From Eledone cirrhosa (taxonomy: Eukaryota), in assembly GCA_964016885.1 (NCBI GenBank), contig OZ024743.1, positions 259,036,001-259,100,000 on the forward strand: DNA of 64,000 bases, given 5' to 3'. Below the pieces are notes generated by a model. The model saw only the letters and a program-made list of their open reading frames with translations, had not been told where the DNA came from and made no database searches. Below, piece by piece: positions 13,978 to 28,680 of the stretch (positions are counted from its first letter, which is position 1; each line of letters starts with the position of its first letter). Position numbers and translations under genes: made by a program.

Positions 13978-15281
13978 CAGGGTGGGGAATAAAAACTGTT
14001 ACAAAATAAAATGCAAATAGTTCTTGAAAAAAACATTTATTTCAAGATCTGACTTCAACAAATAGTAAGTAATATACTATTAAACAACTGCACACAAATT
14101 TATTCGAAATGCTTTCTTCTAGCTCTCACTACCGCTTGAAGTCTTCTAGGAAAGTCTTCGATGGCTGCACGAACAGTTTCCATGGGTATTTTCTCCCATA
14201 CTTTATTCAGTTTTGATTTTAGAGTTTCAATATTTTGGCTGGGAGTAGAGCAGACTTCACTCTCAAGAATTGACTATACAGAAAAATCGAGAGGGTTGAG
14301 ATCTGGTGATGTGGGAGGCCACTCTTCCTTACTGGTCCATGTAGGACAATGGTCTCTACACCACTGTTGTGTTACGCGAGCAGTATGGCTCGTTACTCCA
14401 TCTTGTTGGAGAGTCCAAATATCATCGCCATAAACAGATGTGCACCATGGCATCAGTGCTCCTTCGAAAATATTCTGTATGTAAAGTTCTTTGTTAATTT
14501 TAACTCCTTGAGGCACAAAAATCAGAGGAGACTTCCCTCTTTCAGAAATGCTGCCCAAACCATCACTGATGCTGGTTTCTGTGTTCTGAACACTTTTCCT
14601 ACACTTGAAGGAATTGATTTGACACTTTTTGCAAGTGCTCTATCATTTTGATGATTGTGAGACTGCTGCACAGTGAATAACTTCTCATCTGTAAGGATGA
14701 TGTTTTGCAGCGTGCCATCCGTGATACGGTTCAATAACAGTTTACTTCTGGAGAGCCTCTTTTCAATTGTGGCTGCAGAAAGAAGCTGCCTCTTTTGGAA
14801 CTTATAGGGTGACATCCCCAGATCATCTCGACATATCCTCCGCATAGTTCTCGGCGATGTTTCTGCTTCTTTTGCCATTTTTCTCATGGACCTTCTTGGA
14901 TTACGCCTTATTTTTCCCCTCACATTTTTAACGAGTTTTGGTGTGCTTGAGGTGCGAGGGCGTACAGATCGAGGTCTGTCTTTGGTCGAGGAAGTTTCTT
15001 TAAATTGATCGATTGTCCTTTTGATCAACATTCGATTGATCTTAAGAGTTTTCCCCAGTTTAATTATCTCAGGTGGATTCAGGCCCTTTTCATGCTTCTC
15101 TGTTATGAACTTTCTTTTCAATTCTATGGAGATTGCAAATTGTTAATGGCGTAATGTTCTGAAAAATAGTTAATATGGTTATAGTGCATGGATTTGATAC
15201 AAATATATTAGTTATATTAGCAACATAATATATTTTTAAAATTGATTTAAAACCTTGTAACAGGAATTATGCCCCACCCTG
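13978..15281 (-). mobile_element. Tc1/mariner DD37D (maT) transposon, inactivated
   Basis: TIRs CAGGGTGGGG..TAA...CTGTTACAA, TA flanks; TDEKLF, QQD-37 aa-D (SPDLNPLD); frameshift near 14550 and premature stop at 14274. Confidence 0.92.
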
Positions 15282-15350
<69 letters not shown>

Positions 15351-15358
<8 letters not shown>

Positions 15359-16027
15359 AGGAATAACCAAAGAGTGCTTAAAAATACATTGTTTTATTAG
15401 CTAACAGTGTTTCATCCATACCCTATTGCAGAAATCATCAGAGCCTATAAACAAGAGTATATCAATAGTTGCATGCTCCATCAAGCTGCGTCACCAGAAC
15501 AAGGTTAAAGGACCAGCAGGGGGTCCCAAGGCCAGCGCTATATAGATAAAGACACAATACATGACGCACATAATGTCATAAAATGTCATAAAAAATTACA
15601 TCAAAAATTACTTGCTACCTCTCACAACCTCCTTATCATCTATTGCACCATTTATCTGATAAATTTTTTATGTAATTTTTTATGACCTTTTATGACATTA
15701 TGTGCGTCATGTATTGTGTCTTTTTCTATATAGCGCTGGCCTTTGGACCCCGTGCTGGTCCTTTAACCTTGTTCTGGTAACGCAGCTTGATGGAGCATGC
15801 AACTATTGATATACTCTTGTTTATAGGCTCTGATGATTCCTGCCATAGGGTATGGATGAAACACTGTTAGCTAATAAAACAATGTATTTCTAAGCACTCT
15901 TTGGTTATTACTAAAATTATAACGGCTCTGTAGTATACTAGTTATCCTACAATGAGCTAAAACCACACTGTCATACCAAGGGCAATATATCTGCGTGTCT
16001 GGGCACATTGATATACTTGTCAATGAA

Positions 16028-16033
<6 letters not shown>
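15351..16033 (+). mobile_element. non-autonomous PLE-type fold-back element with paired HHRs
   Basis: 15351-15610 is the reverse complement of 15670-15920; (TA)n flanks. Confidence 0.8.
15826..15872 (+). ncRNA. type I minimal hammerhead ribozyme (inverted copy at 15399-15445, - strand)
   Basis: GGCT-CTGATGA-ttcc...ggat-GAA-ACactGT-T-AGCT; stems I-III pair. Confidence 0.7.
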
Positions 16034-16077
<44 letters not shown>

Positions 16078-16079
16078 TA

Positions 16080-16151
<72 letters not shown>

Positions 16152-16153
16152 TA

Positions 16154-16223
<70 letters not shown>

Positions 16224-16225
16224 TA

Positions 16226-16269
<44 letters not shown>

Positions 16270-16271
16270 TA

Positions 16272-16301
<30 letters not shown>

Positions 16302-16302
<1 letters not shown>

Positions 16303-16500
16303 GGAACCAGTAAGACCCCGACAGCTGAGCTCAAGCCGTTTCGACGGCTAATTCTGAATTAGCCAGAAATTAGCCGTCGAAACGGCTTGGGCTCAGCTGT
16401 CGGGGGTCTTACTGGTTCCTATTACCCACTCTACTACCTCAAGTATTGAGTACTTTGGTGCGTTATGGTCCACCTGGTTCCTTACCACATTTCCTTCGTT
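16302..16500 (+). repeat. ~120-bp palindrome plus tail; contains only the 3' half of an HHR
   Basis: 16302-16352 mirrors 16369-16421; GAA-ACGGCT..AGCTGT-C-GGGG; tail carries TATTGAGTAC, also seen at ~34571. Confidence 0.65.
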
Positions 16501-16704
16501 ATATATATATATATTTTTATATATATATATATATATATATAGAATTCACAAGAATCAAAGCTATGTTCAAAGCATTTATTCACTTACAATTGTTTCATCC
16601 AAACCTAGGCTTGGAATCTTCGGACCATTTTTCAATGTTTGTACACATAATTGACCTCCTTTTCAACGTAAGAGACATACAGATACACACACACACACAC
16701 ACAC

Positions 16705-16795
<91 letters not shown>

Positions 16796-16887
16796 ATGTG
16801 TATATATATATATATATGTATATATATACATAATGTGTATGTATATATATATATAATGTATATATATATATAATGTATATATATATT

Positions 16888-16918
<31 letters not shown>

Positions 16919-17107
16919 ATTTATATATATATATATTTATATATATATATATATGTATATATATATGTATGTATATATATATGTATATATATATGTATAT
17001 ATATATGTATATATATATGTATGTATATATATATAATATATATATATGTATATATATATGTATGTATATATATATAATATATATATGTATATATATATAA
17101 TATATAT

Positions 17108-17153
<46 letters not shown>

Positions 17154-18139
17154 AGAAAAAAAGAGAATTAGTGTTGCGACGAAAGGAATTTATTGGACAT
17201 ATTACAATTGTTTCTCGGGCGACCAGCTCGAGGCACATCGACATGGTGATCAAACCTGACTCTGAAATCGCGCGGTCCTCGGATACGTCTCGATTCTTGT
17301 AAGCAGATTTTCCTATTGTCCTTAAACATCGAATTCCTTCGTTTGTTGATTTAGATCCTGTTGTTGTCATTCCATGAGTGGTCAAGAATTGTACACGTCA
17401 CCGGTATTTCTAGCCACCCATGGTTGCTCACTGCTTGATTCTTCTCGTTCTCCACCTGTCAATCAAATTTTTTTCATGTATCAGAATTACTACTGTGGTG
17501 GGAGAGGGGCTGTAATCCTGAACGGCTGGCATCACCTCGACATCTTCATTGTCCCTAGACGCCTTAGTCCACAGCGGTCAGGTACACACCCGCAATTATG
17601 CTGTATGCGGCAGTCATTGTAAATAATGTTTGGCGGGAATTAAAAAAAACTAAACAAATCATAGGGATATTTAGCATAACTTTTGTAGGACACAGCCCTA
17701 GAATACCCTCTGACATACATATTTCAAAAAGAAAAAGATAAAGTACAAAACCTGTATTAAGAACGTTTTAAAATGAAAGCTTGCAACAGCCTTTCAAACA
17801 GAAAGGCTATATGAGAGGTGTTTTCAACAAATACACCCAATTCTACACTCACACACTGGACTCAGCGAAGCGCGCATCGCCAAGACGCCGCACATATATA
17901 GACAGATGAGAAAAGAAAAATCCATAGATAGTCATCCGTACCCCCACGCAGACATGCTCAGACAAATACATCGACCCAGGCATGCGCACACCCGTGCTCA
18001 TGCATGTCTGTGTGGATACACATACATACATGCACCCACGTGCTCCCACACCGGAGGCATATACCTGATGAGTACCCCCTCATCCGTCCCCACACGCGCA
18101 GCTGCGCAGATGGTGCACACAGTTTGTATGAGACAACGC

Positions 18140-20350
18140 TTTTGAGGCTTTGCCCTGCTTGCAAGGGTGGGACGGCTCCTAGTCAGCACACCGTCTCTCC
18201 ACTTGTCACGGTCCTTTGTCATTACCTCCGTGAGTTTCAGCGATCTGAGGTCTGCTCTCACCACCTCCGCCCATGGTTTTCGTGGTCTTCCTCTACTGCG
18301 TCTTCCTTCTACTGGGATTTCTTGGCACTTCTTTACCCAACGGTCATCCTCCATGCGCATCACATGTCCATACCATCGCAGGCTTCTCTCCTGCACACCA
18401 CAACTTATCCCTCTTATACCCAGTTTCTTTCTCAACTCATCTATGCTTGGTTGTTCACGCACATTGGCATTGCACATCCAACGGAGCATGCTTGCTTCAT
18501 TTCTCTCCATCCGTCGCATATCCTCTGCAGTTGCTGCCCATATCTCACTACCACGCAGCATCGCGCATCTCACACAGGCATCATATAACCGTCCTTTCAT
18601 ACGCAGGGAGAAACCCTTCTTTGTCAACAGAGGAAGCAGCTCCCTAAACTTCTTCCAACCCGTCCTTATTCTAGATACTATGGCCTCGAAACAGCCCCCC
18701 CCCTCCAATACTAATCTGATCACCTAGGTACCGGAAGTTATCAACCACTTCTATAGAACCCACCTGCATTGGAAAAATGTGTCTATCACTGCGATTACTA
18801 CTACCAACTTTCCCTGTACATCTACTGCATACGTATTTTCCCCTACCTGTTAGTTTGCCTGCTATCCCACTACATCTCTTGTGTACCCAAGATCTGCATT
18901 GCGTACATTGTATGGAATTTATGCCAGTTCCTTCTCTACATTTCGAACACGGCCATTTCCCTGATGGAATCAGAGTATTGTCCTCCCTTATACTTATAAT
19001 AACTTTTGTGTTAGTTATGTTCACTCCCAGTCCTCTTGATTCCAACTGCTGTTTCCATAGCCAGAATTTATTCTCTAGCTCCTCTACTGATTCTGCTATA
19101 AGAACCAGATCATCAGCATAAAGAAGTTCCCATGGGAATCCAGTCTTAAACTCCTCTGTTATGACTTGGAGGACTATAATGAACAAGAGCGGGCTGAGAA
19201 CTGAACCCTGATGTACACCTACTTGTATCTGAAATTCCTTACTAAACTCCATTCCTACTCTCACTTTACTGACAGCACCCATGTACGTAGCTTGCACTGT
19301 CCTCACATGCCATTCCTCTACACCTAGTTTCCTCAGGGTACCCTATCAAAGGCCTTCTCTAGGTCAACAAAAGCTAAGTATAGTGTTTTATTTTTCTCTA
19401 AGAACCTCTCTTGTAGTTGTCTCACTAAGAAGAGGGCATCTGTTATACTTTTCTCAGGCACAAAACCAAACTGCATCTCATCTAATTTGACGCTTTCACT
19501 AATCAGTTGCGCTAATATTCTCTCTGCCACTTTCATAACCTGATCCATCAACTTCATGCCCTTATAATTGTTCCTCTCTAGAGCATCCCCTTTAACTTTG
19601 TAGCAATCGATGAGAATACTGCTGCACCAGTCTTTGGATATGACACTACCATATATAGCCTGATTGATGATGTGTGCAATCTGTTTAGTGCCCACATCTC
19701 CTGATATCTTCAGCATCTCAGCAACTATCCCCGACGGTCCAGCAGCCTTACCATTCTTAATTTCCTTAATTGCCTTTTGTACCCTATATTCATTAATCTC
19801 AATAGCTGGTCCCTCTGTCGGGTCTACTGGGGGGTAATTTCTCTCTCTCCCATTCGTTCTCCACATTCATTAGTCTTTCACAATGACATTTCTAGGCCTT
19901 CTTTGTTTGATCATTCGTGACACTATGTTCACTCTGGCATCATTCCGCACACACACCCATCTCCAACAACATGCTGATTTGCACTGACACACTGCCTTGC
20001 AATGCGGAACACCGCATGTCTGTGATCTCCCCGTCGCAGAACATTGGCAAACCTCCTACTCTCAGCCTCCCTGCGTGCTAAGTACACCTGACGTCCAGCT
20101 TCTCTCTTAGCAGGCTGTGTATCCTTCTCTACTCCGACCATTTTTCCAAACCTTCCATGCCAGTCTTTTGTCTCTAATGGCCCTATCTACAGTGCTGTTC
20201 CACTACCAGGTCACTCTCTGTCTGGTTGAAGCTTTGCCCCAGCATCAAGTTTCTTCAGTAGCCTGCAGTAAGTTGTCACCCAAGAAATTCCAGTTATACG
20301 TCTTCTTTTTCGTCATACACATCTTGAAGGGCTTTGCTAAATTTATATTT
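18140..20350 (-). mobile_element. RTE-clade LINE, degenerate; same family type as 7862-9990
   Basis: QFGFVP, AFVDLEKAFDRVP, GVHQGSVLSP, LLYADD, LRWYGHVMR, RGRPRK. Confidence 0.9.
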
Positions 20351-20399
20351 TAGTGAAAGGTCTTTTAGTTTAAGATTTATATATATATATATATATATA

Positions 20400-21300
20400 T
20401 AAAAGTTTACATATATATATATACATACATATACATATACGCGTTTTGCAACTGGTCACTTTGTGGCTCAATGAAAAATTAATAAATTAAACAATCAGAG
20501 CTATATATCATAAAACATGTCTATAGAATCACAAGATAAAATATATACTATTTCCTCTCCCAATTAGCATAATTAACCATATAAAAAATCGAATAGACCA
20601 GGCTATACGAATGAGGCTTCTATGAAGGAATCTCCGACAAATAACCGAAAATAGCGCTTCGCGTCGGCCGTAGCGGAATATTTATCGAATATTTCGACAG
20701 CGTAATCGCCCAGATATAGTCAACTAAACAGAATTAGGTGTAAAATAAACTAGGAGAAAATAGAATACATTTAAATACCTCTACCATGGTTTCGTCCGTA
20801 TTTTGAGTTTTCCAATAATTATGTAATAATTATATAAACTCGAGAGCCGGATTCATCAGGAAGCTCGCTCTTATCTTGACACTAAATTTTCCAAAGTGAT
20901 CGCGCCAAGAAATTCATTTCAAAATGGCTAAAAATCGTGACGTAGTCGCGGTCAGGTTGGAAAGGGTGTGATAGTTGCTTACGACTGGTGGCATTTTTGC
21001 TAGAAAGCACAGCACAATACAGCCAAATTTGTATCTCAACCTAATGGGAGATTATTACATATAAAAGTTTACATATATATATACATACAGATACATATAC
21101 GTGGTCTATTCGATTTTTTATATGGTTAATTATGCTAATTGGGAGAGGAAATAGTATATATTTTATCTTGTGATTCTATAGACATGTTTTAAGATATATA
21201 GCTCTGATTGTTTAATTTATTAATTTTTCATTGAGCCACAAAGTGACCAGTTGCAAAACACGTATATGTATATGTATGTATATATATATGTAAACTTTAC
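20400..21300 (-). mobile_element. non-coding PLE/retrozyme-like element: ~660-bp unit with direct ends plus 200-bp inverted tail
   Basis: 20400-20441 repeated directly at 21062-21101; 20405-20600 inverted at 21102-21298; internal HHR. Confidence 0.75.
20778..20863 (-). ncRNA. type I hammerhead ribozyme with long stem II
   Basis: Minus strand: CTTC-CTGATGA-atccg...cggac-GAA-ACCATGGT-A-GAGG; palindromic stem III. Confidence 0.7.
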
Positions 21301-21301
21301 A

Positions 21302-21333
<32 letters not shown>

Positions 21334-21334
21334 C

Positions 21335-21457
<123 letters not shown>

Positions 21458-21463
21458 CATATC

Positions 21464-21554
<91 letters not shown>

Positions 21555-21560
<6 letters not shown>

Positions 21561-23509
21561 GTGAGGTTTTTTTTACAAAATGAAAAATAACCGAGGTGTC
21601 CTACACGAGTGAAAGTATAAAGAAAAAGAGATGAAATCGAAAATGCAACTGGAGTCTTATTTTAAAAAAAAATATATATATTTATTTGGTTCCTTTACCG
21701 GTTTCGCAGTTCTTCTGCTTTTCAAAAGCTGAGTTGAGATGGAGTGTCTGTGGTTTTTCTCACATCTGGTTGGTCTCTGAATGTTACTTGTTTTATATGG
21801 AAAAATGGCTCGAAATGCCAGCTTTTTCGAGAAGTAATTTGATTGGTTTGTCAATAATTATAATAAATTTCGCGCCAGTTCGCGTTACAATAGTTCTTCA
21901 AATAAGAGGGGGGGGGGGTTGTCACAGGTTGATTTTTCATATATGAGTGTTTGAATATTTATCAGAGAATTGGAAACGCTACTTGGATGATTGCCTCATT
22001 CTTTGGTCCCACACACTCGATCAACTGAAGGATTTCAAAAACTTAATAAACGGCATCAATAACCACATCCAATTCACAATGGAATACAGCCAAGATCAAC
22101 TCCCATTTCTGGACATCTTAATCTTAAAAAAAGACACAAATATCGAAACTGACATACACTACAAACCAACAGATTCCAAACAATATCTGCTATTCACCTC
22201 CAACCATCCAAAGCACACGAAGACGAACATTCCTTTTAACCTAGCAAGAAGAATTTGCACAATTGTCTCCAATTATGAAACGCGAAATAAAAGACTTCAA
22301 GAATTAAAGGAAATTCTACTCGAGAGAGAGTACCCACTATTACTAATAAATAATGGAATAGAAAGGGCTAAAGCAATAGGCATTGATGAATTACGGAAAC
22401 CGAAACAAATTCAAGGTACGTCCAATATTCTATCATATATCTCAACACACAACCCAAGAAATGCGGAAGCTTACAACACTATTCACAATAACATCTCACT
22501 ACTAAAATAAAACCCAAGAATGAAAAAAGCCCTTGAAACACACAAAATAATCAAAAGCAAGAGACAACCAAAATCACTGAAAACATTACTCACCAATGCC
22601 AAATTACCTACCACAAACCCACAACCAAGTATCAAAAAATGTGGTCGCTCTAATTGTGGAACCTGCACTCACCTCATTGAAGGCAACACGTATACATTTA
22701 AATCAGGACAAAATTTTACTGTAAAAAATCACTTCACTTGCTCATCAAAAAATCTACTTTATGCCATTAAATGTAAAGGATGCAATGAAGATTATATAGG
22801 ACAAACTAAACCCACACTCAGAAACAGAATGACAGTTCATCGCCAACAATTACGAGATCCAACCACGAGACAGATACCACTAAGTGCACATCTAGACATT
22901 TGCGCAAGTAATAAGACACCCAAATTCCAAGTCTTCCCATTTTACCTTTGCGCTAACAATACAACAGAACAAATGCGAATAAATAAGGAAAATATGTTTA
23001 TTCAAAAATATAGACCAACATTAAATAAGGTTTAATATACATTATGTCAACACCACAATATGACATACACACACACATAACCTTCTACTTTAGAAAATAA
23101 AAACCCGAACTAAATAAACCTTAACATACGTTTGCACTGACAATACAACAGCAAACACGAATAACTATGGAAAATATGTTCATTCAAAAATATTCCTACT
23201 AAAGGAATCACTTTCCTACACACACACATACACACACACAATATATATATATATATATATTCTCTTCATCTTAACATGCTAACCATACTCCCACACACAT
23301 AACACCCATACACACATATAACAACCCCCACACCCACAACTCCCTCCCCATTTCTACTAATAGAACCACTTTCCTACACACATATATATACACACACACA
23401 AAAAATATATATTCTCTCCATCTTAACATACTCGCACACACACACATAACACCCATATACACACACACACAACTCCCTCCCCCATTTCTACTAATAGAAT
23501 CATCTTCAA

Positions 23510-23597
<88 letters not shown>

Positions 23598-24554
23598 GCA
23601 CACAAATAAACATACATATCTTCACTTCAATAGAAAATCTGAACTCTGACACCCCAGCGAACTAACCATATTCACTGAACCAGAACAATTCTCCCAATCC
23701 CTTTTCTCTTGACCACTATCTTTCCATTGTCATAACATTCGCTATAAAGACTACAGAATAATTTTCCAAATAAGGGCGCAAAAATGTAATGAAAACTTGT
23801 TCACGTGACAGCCAAATTTCATTTATAATCAATCAAATCACGTTTATTAAAAAAAAGCCTTCGTGAGCCACCTTTTTTTAAAGTAAAGAAATTCACACAC
23901 GCACACGCACACGCACACGCACACGCACACACACAAGCACACAAATAAACACACATATCTTTACTTTCTTTATTCAATAGAAAATCTGAATTCTGACACC
24001 CCAGCGAACTAACCATATTCACTGAACCAGAACAATTCTCCCATCCCTTTCTCTTGACCATTATCTTTTACTTATCAAAAAATTCTCTAAAAAGGCTACA
24101 GAATGGATTTCCAAATAAGGGCACAAAAATTTAATGAAAATTTGTTCACGTGACAGCCATAATTTCATTTATAACCAACCAAAAAAAAGCCTTCGTGAGC
24201 CTCCTTTTTTCAAGTAAAAAGAAATTCAAACACTCATATATGAAAAAACAACCTGTGACAACCCCCCCTCTTATTTGAAGAACTATTGTAACGCGAACTG
24301 GCGCGAAATTTATTATAATTATTGACAAACCAATCAAATTACTTCTCGAAAAACCTGGCATTTCGAGCCACTTTTTCCATATAAAACAAGTAACATTCAG
24401 AGACCAACCAGATGTGAGAAAAACCACAGACCCTCCATCTCAACTCACCTTTTGAAAAGCAGAAGAACTGCGAAACCGGTAAAGGAACCAAATAAATATA
24501 TATATTTAAAAAAAAAATAAGACTTCAGTTGCATTTTCGATTTCATCTCCTTTT

Positions 24555-24560
<6 letters not shown>
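21555..24560 (+). mobile_element. Penelope-like element (Neptune-like), 5'-truncated, with inverted pseudo-LTR
   Basis: RT C-terminus WKRYLDD...LPFLD...YKPTD (21947-22510); CxxxxCxxC linker and GIY-YIG LLYAIKC..C..YIGQT (22520-23035); 21620-21955 is the inverse of 24225-24560. Confidence 0.9.
24448..24485 (+). ncRNA. minimal HHR with U3-A8 core variant (inverted copy 21692-21729)
   Basis: CCTT-TTGAAAA-GCAG aagaa CTGC-GAA-ACCGGT-A-AAGG; all stems pair. Confidence 0.75.
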
Positions 24561-24617
<57 letters not shown>

Positions 24618-24984
24618 CATAAATGTCTATATATATATATATATATATGATGGCTGCCCCCTCGTTATCGAGTATGGCCATTACACGAGGGGAAATAAAA
24701 AAAAATAAAAAAATATTAATAATAATAAATAAAAATTAAATAAAAAAAAAGAAAAAAAAAGAAATATATATATATATATATATACATATACATAATATAT
24801 ATACACACACACACACATACTCACACACACATATACACACACACATACATTAATAACAATAATAATAATAATAATAACAACAATAATAATAACGACAACA
24901 ACAATAATAATATACATATACATATATATATACACACACACGCACACACATAAGCATATCTACACACACACACACACACACGAT

Positions 24985-26594
24985 AGAAACTAACAGCGCT
25001 GCGATCGAATGTGGCTTTTTAGCCCAGCCAATGATCTAAAATGTCTTGCACAGAGTCGGCAACCAAAACATTTACTGGGAATAGTCGGCTGTGGTTGGAG
25101 TTCGTGTACTTTTGCATGTCGCTTGAGCCCTCCTGCTGATTTACATTCTCTACCACATGTTTGGCAATCATGATGAGTAGCATCTCCAACAGCAGCCTAG
25201 TAGTCAACCACTGGTCTTACTTTATGACTGCGAAGATGACTTTCGAGTCCAGCTTTGCTTAGGCTGAGTCTCGCACATACGTTGCATGTCAGCACCATAG
25301 GAGGACCCTCGCCGTCTGGAAGTGCAACAGCAATGCCCTTCCTCACATCCCGCTTTACTTTCTCGTATGCGATTCGAGATGCCTCAAAGGCAACTTTTCC
25401 CTCATAGACAGTCTTTCTCCATTTATTACGATCAGCAGCAATATTCTCCCATGTATCAGCAGAGATGTTAGCGTCTTTCAGAGAGGCTTTCAAGGAATCC
25501 TTATACCTCTTTTTTGGTTTATGTGGCGGTCGTTTTCCTTTAACCAACTCTCCATAAAAGAGTTGTTTTGGTATTCTAGAATCCTTCATCCTGGCAAGGT
25601 GACCACTCCAACGGAGTCGTTGCTTAAGCACAAGAGCTTCTATACTGTCACACATAGAGCTTTCCAAAATCTCGACATCACTGATGTGGTCCCTCCAGTG
25701 AACGCCATGGATCCGTCTGAGACACATCTGATGGAAACGCTCCAATTGCTTAAGGTGGTGTCGATATGTGACCCAGGTCTCGCAGGCATAAAGAAGACAA
25801 GAGAGCACACATGCCCTGTACACCTTTACCTTTGTCCTCCTGCATATGTCTCGCCGACCCCAGAGTCGCCTTTCTAGCTTTCCGAAAGCATCACTTGCTT
25901 TCCTAATCCTAAGTGAGATTTCACTGTCAAGGTTGCTGTATCGATTGACAGTGCTTCCCAGGTAGACACACTGATCAACCACTCCAAGTCGTTTGCCATA
26001 CACATAGATGTTTGGTTCAGTGTACTGCTTACCAGGGGCAGGTTGGTACATGACGACGGTTTTCTTGAGACTGATAGTCAGACCTAGGGCAGTGCAAGCG
26101 TCCGAAAATGCATTCAAAATGTGCTGCATATCACTCTCTGTGTGCGCTACAAGATCGCAATAATCTGCATACAAGAGGTCACTTATGATTGATGTAAATA
26201 CTTTTGTCTTCGCAGCAAAGCGCCTGATGTTAAATATGCTGCCTGAGGTTCGATATCGGATGTAAACACCATGCTCGCAATTGCTGAATGCAATACAGAA
26301 AACCATTGCTAAGTATATGGCAAACAGGGTCGGTGCTGGAATATCCCCCTGTTTCACTCCAATTTTTACTGAGATAGGCTCCGACATGTTACCCCGACAT
26401 TAACCCAAGCCTTCATGTCGTCATGGAAAGACCTAACTAAAGCAAGGAACTTATCAGGGCAACCAAGTTTCTGGAGAACCTTCCATAATGCATTTCTGTT
26501 AACAGTATCGAAAGCTTTTGTCAGATCGACAAAAACCTGATACAGATCCAAGCCTTGTTCCATGCACTTCTCCTGGAGCTGTCTAGCTGAGAAG

Positions 26595-26598
<4 letters not shown>
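24985..26598 (-). mobile_element. RTE/BovB-like LINE 3' part (RT plus C-terminal C2H2-like motif)
   Basis: [32 protein letters not shown]...H..SH; 5' truncated at (TA)n. Confidence 0.9.
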
Positions 26599-26660
<62 letters not shown>

Positions 26661-26758
26661 TGTATGTATATATATATATATATACATACATATATGTATG
26701 TATATATATATATATATATACATATATGTATGTATATATATACATACATATATGTATG

Positions 26759-26790
<32 letters not shown>

Positions 26791-26801
26791 TATACACACA
26801 C

Positions 26802-26844
<43 letters not shown>

Positions 26845-27030
26845 CATATATGTACATATATATATATATATATATACATACATATATGTACATGGTGCCC
26901 AAATCCTGAATTGAAAGACTTCGCCAGGTGGTGCTATTAAGTTAGACATGGCCTGGGCCAATACTGGCCAAAACATTTCAAAGTTATTCAAAGTTATATA
27001 TATATATATATATATATATACATACATATA

Positions 27031-27070
<40 letters not shown>

Positions 27071-27076
27071 CATATA

Positions 27077-27146
<70 letters not shown>

Positions 27147-27494
27147 CATATATGTACATATACATATATATATATATATACATACATATATGTACATATA
27201 CATATATATATATATATACATACATATATGTACATATACATATATATATATATATACATGCATATATGTACATATACATATATATATATATATATACATA
27301 CATATATGTACATATACACATATATATATATATACATACATATATGTACATATACATATATATATATATATACATACATATATGTACATATACATATATA
27401 TATATATACATACATATATGTACATATATATATATATATACATACATATATGTACATATATGTACATATATATATATATATATACATACATATA

Positions 27495-27571
<77 letters not shown>

Positions 27572-28205
27572 ACTCGTTTTCGAGTACGGTCACTACTTTA
27601 TATCCATGTAGGAGAACGCCTACCGATGCGCTGAACAAGTGTGACTTTTTAGTCCAGCCAGCGACTTGAAAACTCTGGTACAAACACTACACTTGTGACA
27701 ATTATTGACACATAGTGCTGGGTCCATGGTACCATGTGACGACAAGTGCATAGAGATCTCCAGATACAAAGCAATGCCTGTGCCATGAAGCTTTTATAGT
27801 GAGCAAAAGCACTGCACAAAGCCAGTCCCACTCTCTTAACCAAGATGATATTTACCAAAATGAAGAACAAGTCAACATCATTGGATACCATCAGGGTTGC
27901 AGGTGTTATATCAGAGTTTTCCTTCACCTAGAATTCTGCCTTGACAAAGGCTAAGGGGTCATCTCTCCCAATGATTTTGGATGGCCATTGACTCTTAAGA
28001 GCTCCTTTGCCCTTTGACAGGTTTTGTTTTTAGTCCTGCAGGATGTCAAAAGTCACCCTCCTCACCAAGAAACCTTGGTGGGGTTGCCAGTTTAGTCGCC
28101 AACGACCCGACCATGAGACAGGTTGTACTGGGATACATGTTACCAGTAGCACCAACTGGTGACCTGACATAATATATATATACATACATACATATATGTA
28201 CATAT

Positions 28206-28246
<41 letters not shown>

Positions 28247-28338
28247 TTAAAATATTTGCTCTACGGTTCTTATATATTTGATATATATTTATCCTTATCG
28301 AGCCCTCTTTGGATTTTAGTCTTCAAATTTATTATTAT

Positions 28339-28394
<56 letters not shown>

Positions 28395-28635
28395 GTTAAA
28401 AAAATTAAGTTAAAAAAAAGTTAAAAAAATTACATCTACATATGCATACTGAAATACTAGTGTGTATATGAATACACACACGTATACATATGTATATGTA
28501 ACAAGTCTTTCACTGGTTGCTTTACTGTGAGCACCCAGCTATTCTGTATGTAAACACACAGACAAACCGGTTTTTAGAGTCATACTGGTTTTTGAGGGAA
28601 CACCTTCCCTCTATTCTCCAGAAAGCCAGACAAGG

Positions 28636-28680
28636 AATATTGAACTAGTTTCGTTGTTGTTACAACTCATCAGCAATATT
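28636..28680 (-). ncRNA. type I minimal hammerhead ribozyme, array copy 1
   Basis: AATATTG-CTGATGA-GTTG taacaa CAAC-GAA-ACTAGT-T-CAATATT; 7-bp stem I, 4-bp stem II, palindromic stem III. Confidence 0.88.

Noticed and set aside
16581-16627. Minus-strand HHR-like CCGAAGA..GAAACAATTGTA
   Set aside because: U4C change and no stem I pairing; counted only as decayed
18060-18140. CTGATGA-gtac..gtat-GAGAC HHR-like motif
   Set aside because: GAAA mutated and the 3' side replaced by the RTE end; cannot fold completely
24268-24320. TTGAAGA...GAAAT as the HHR of the Neptune-like pLTR
   Set aside because: No stem II adjacent to the core; the better motif is at 24448-24485
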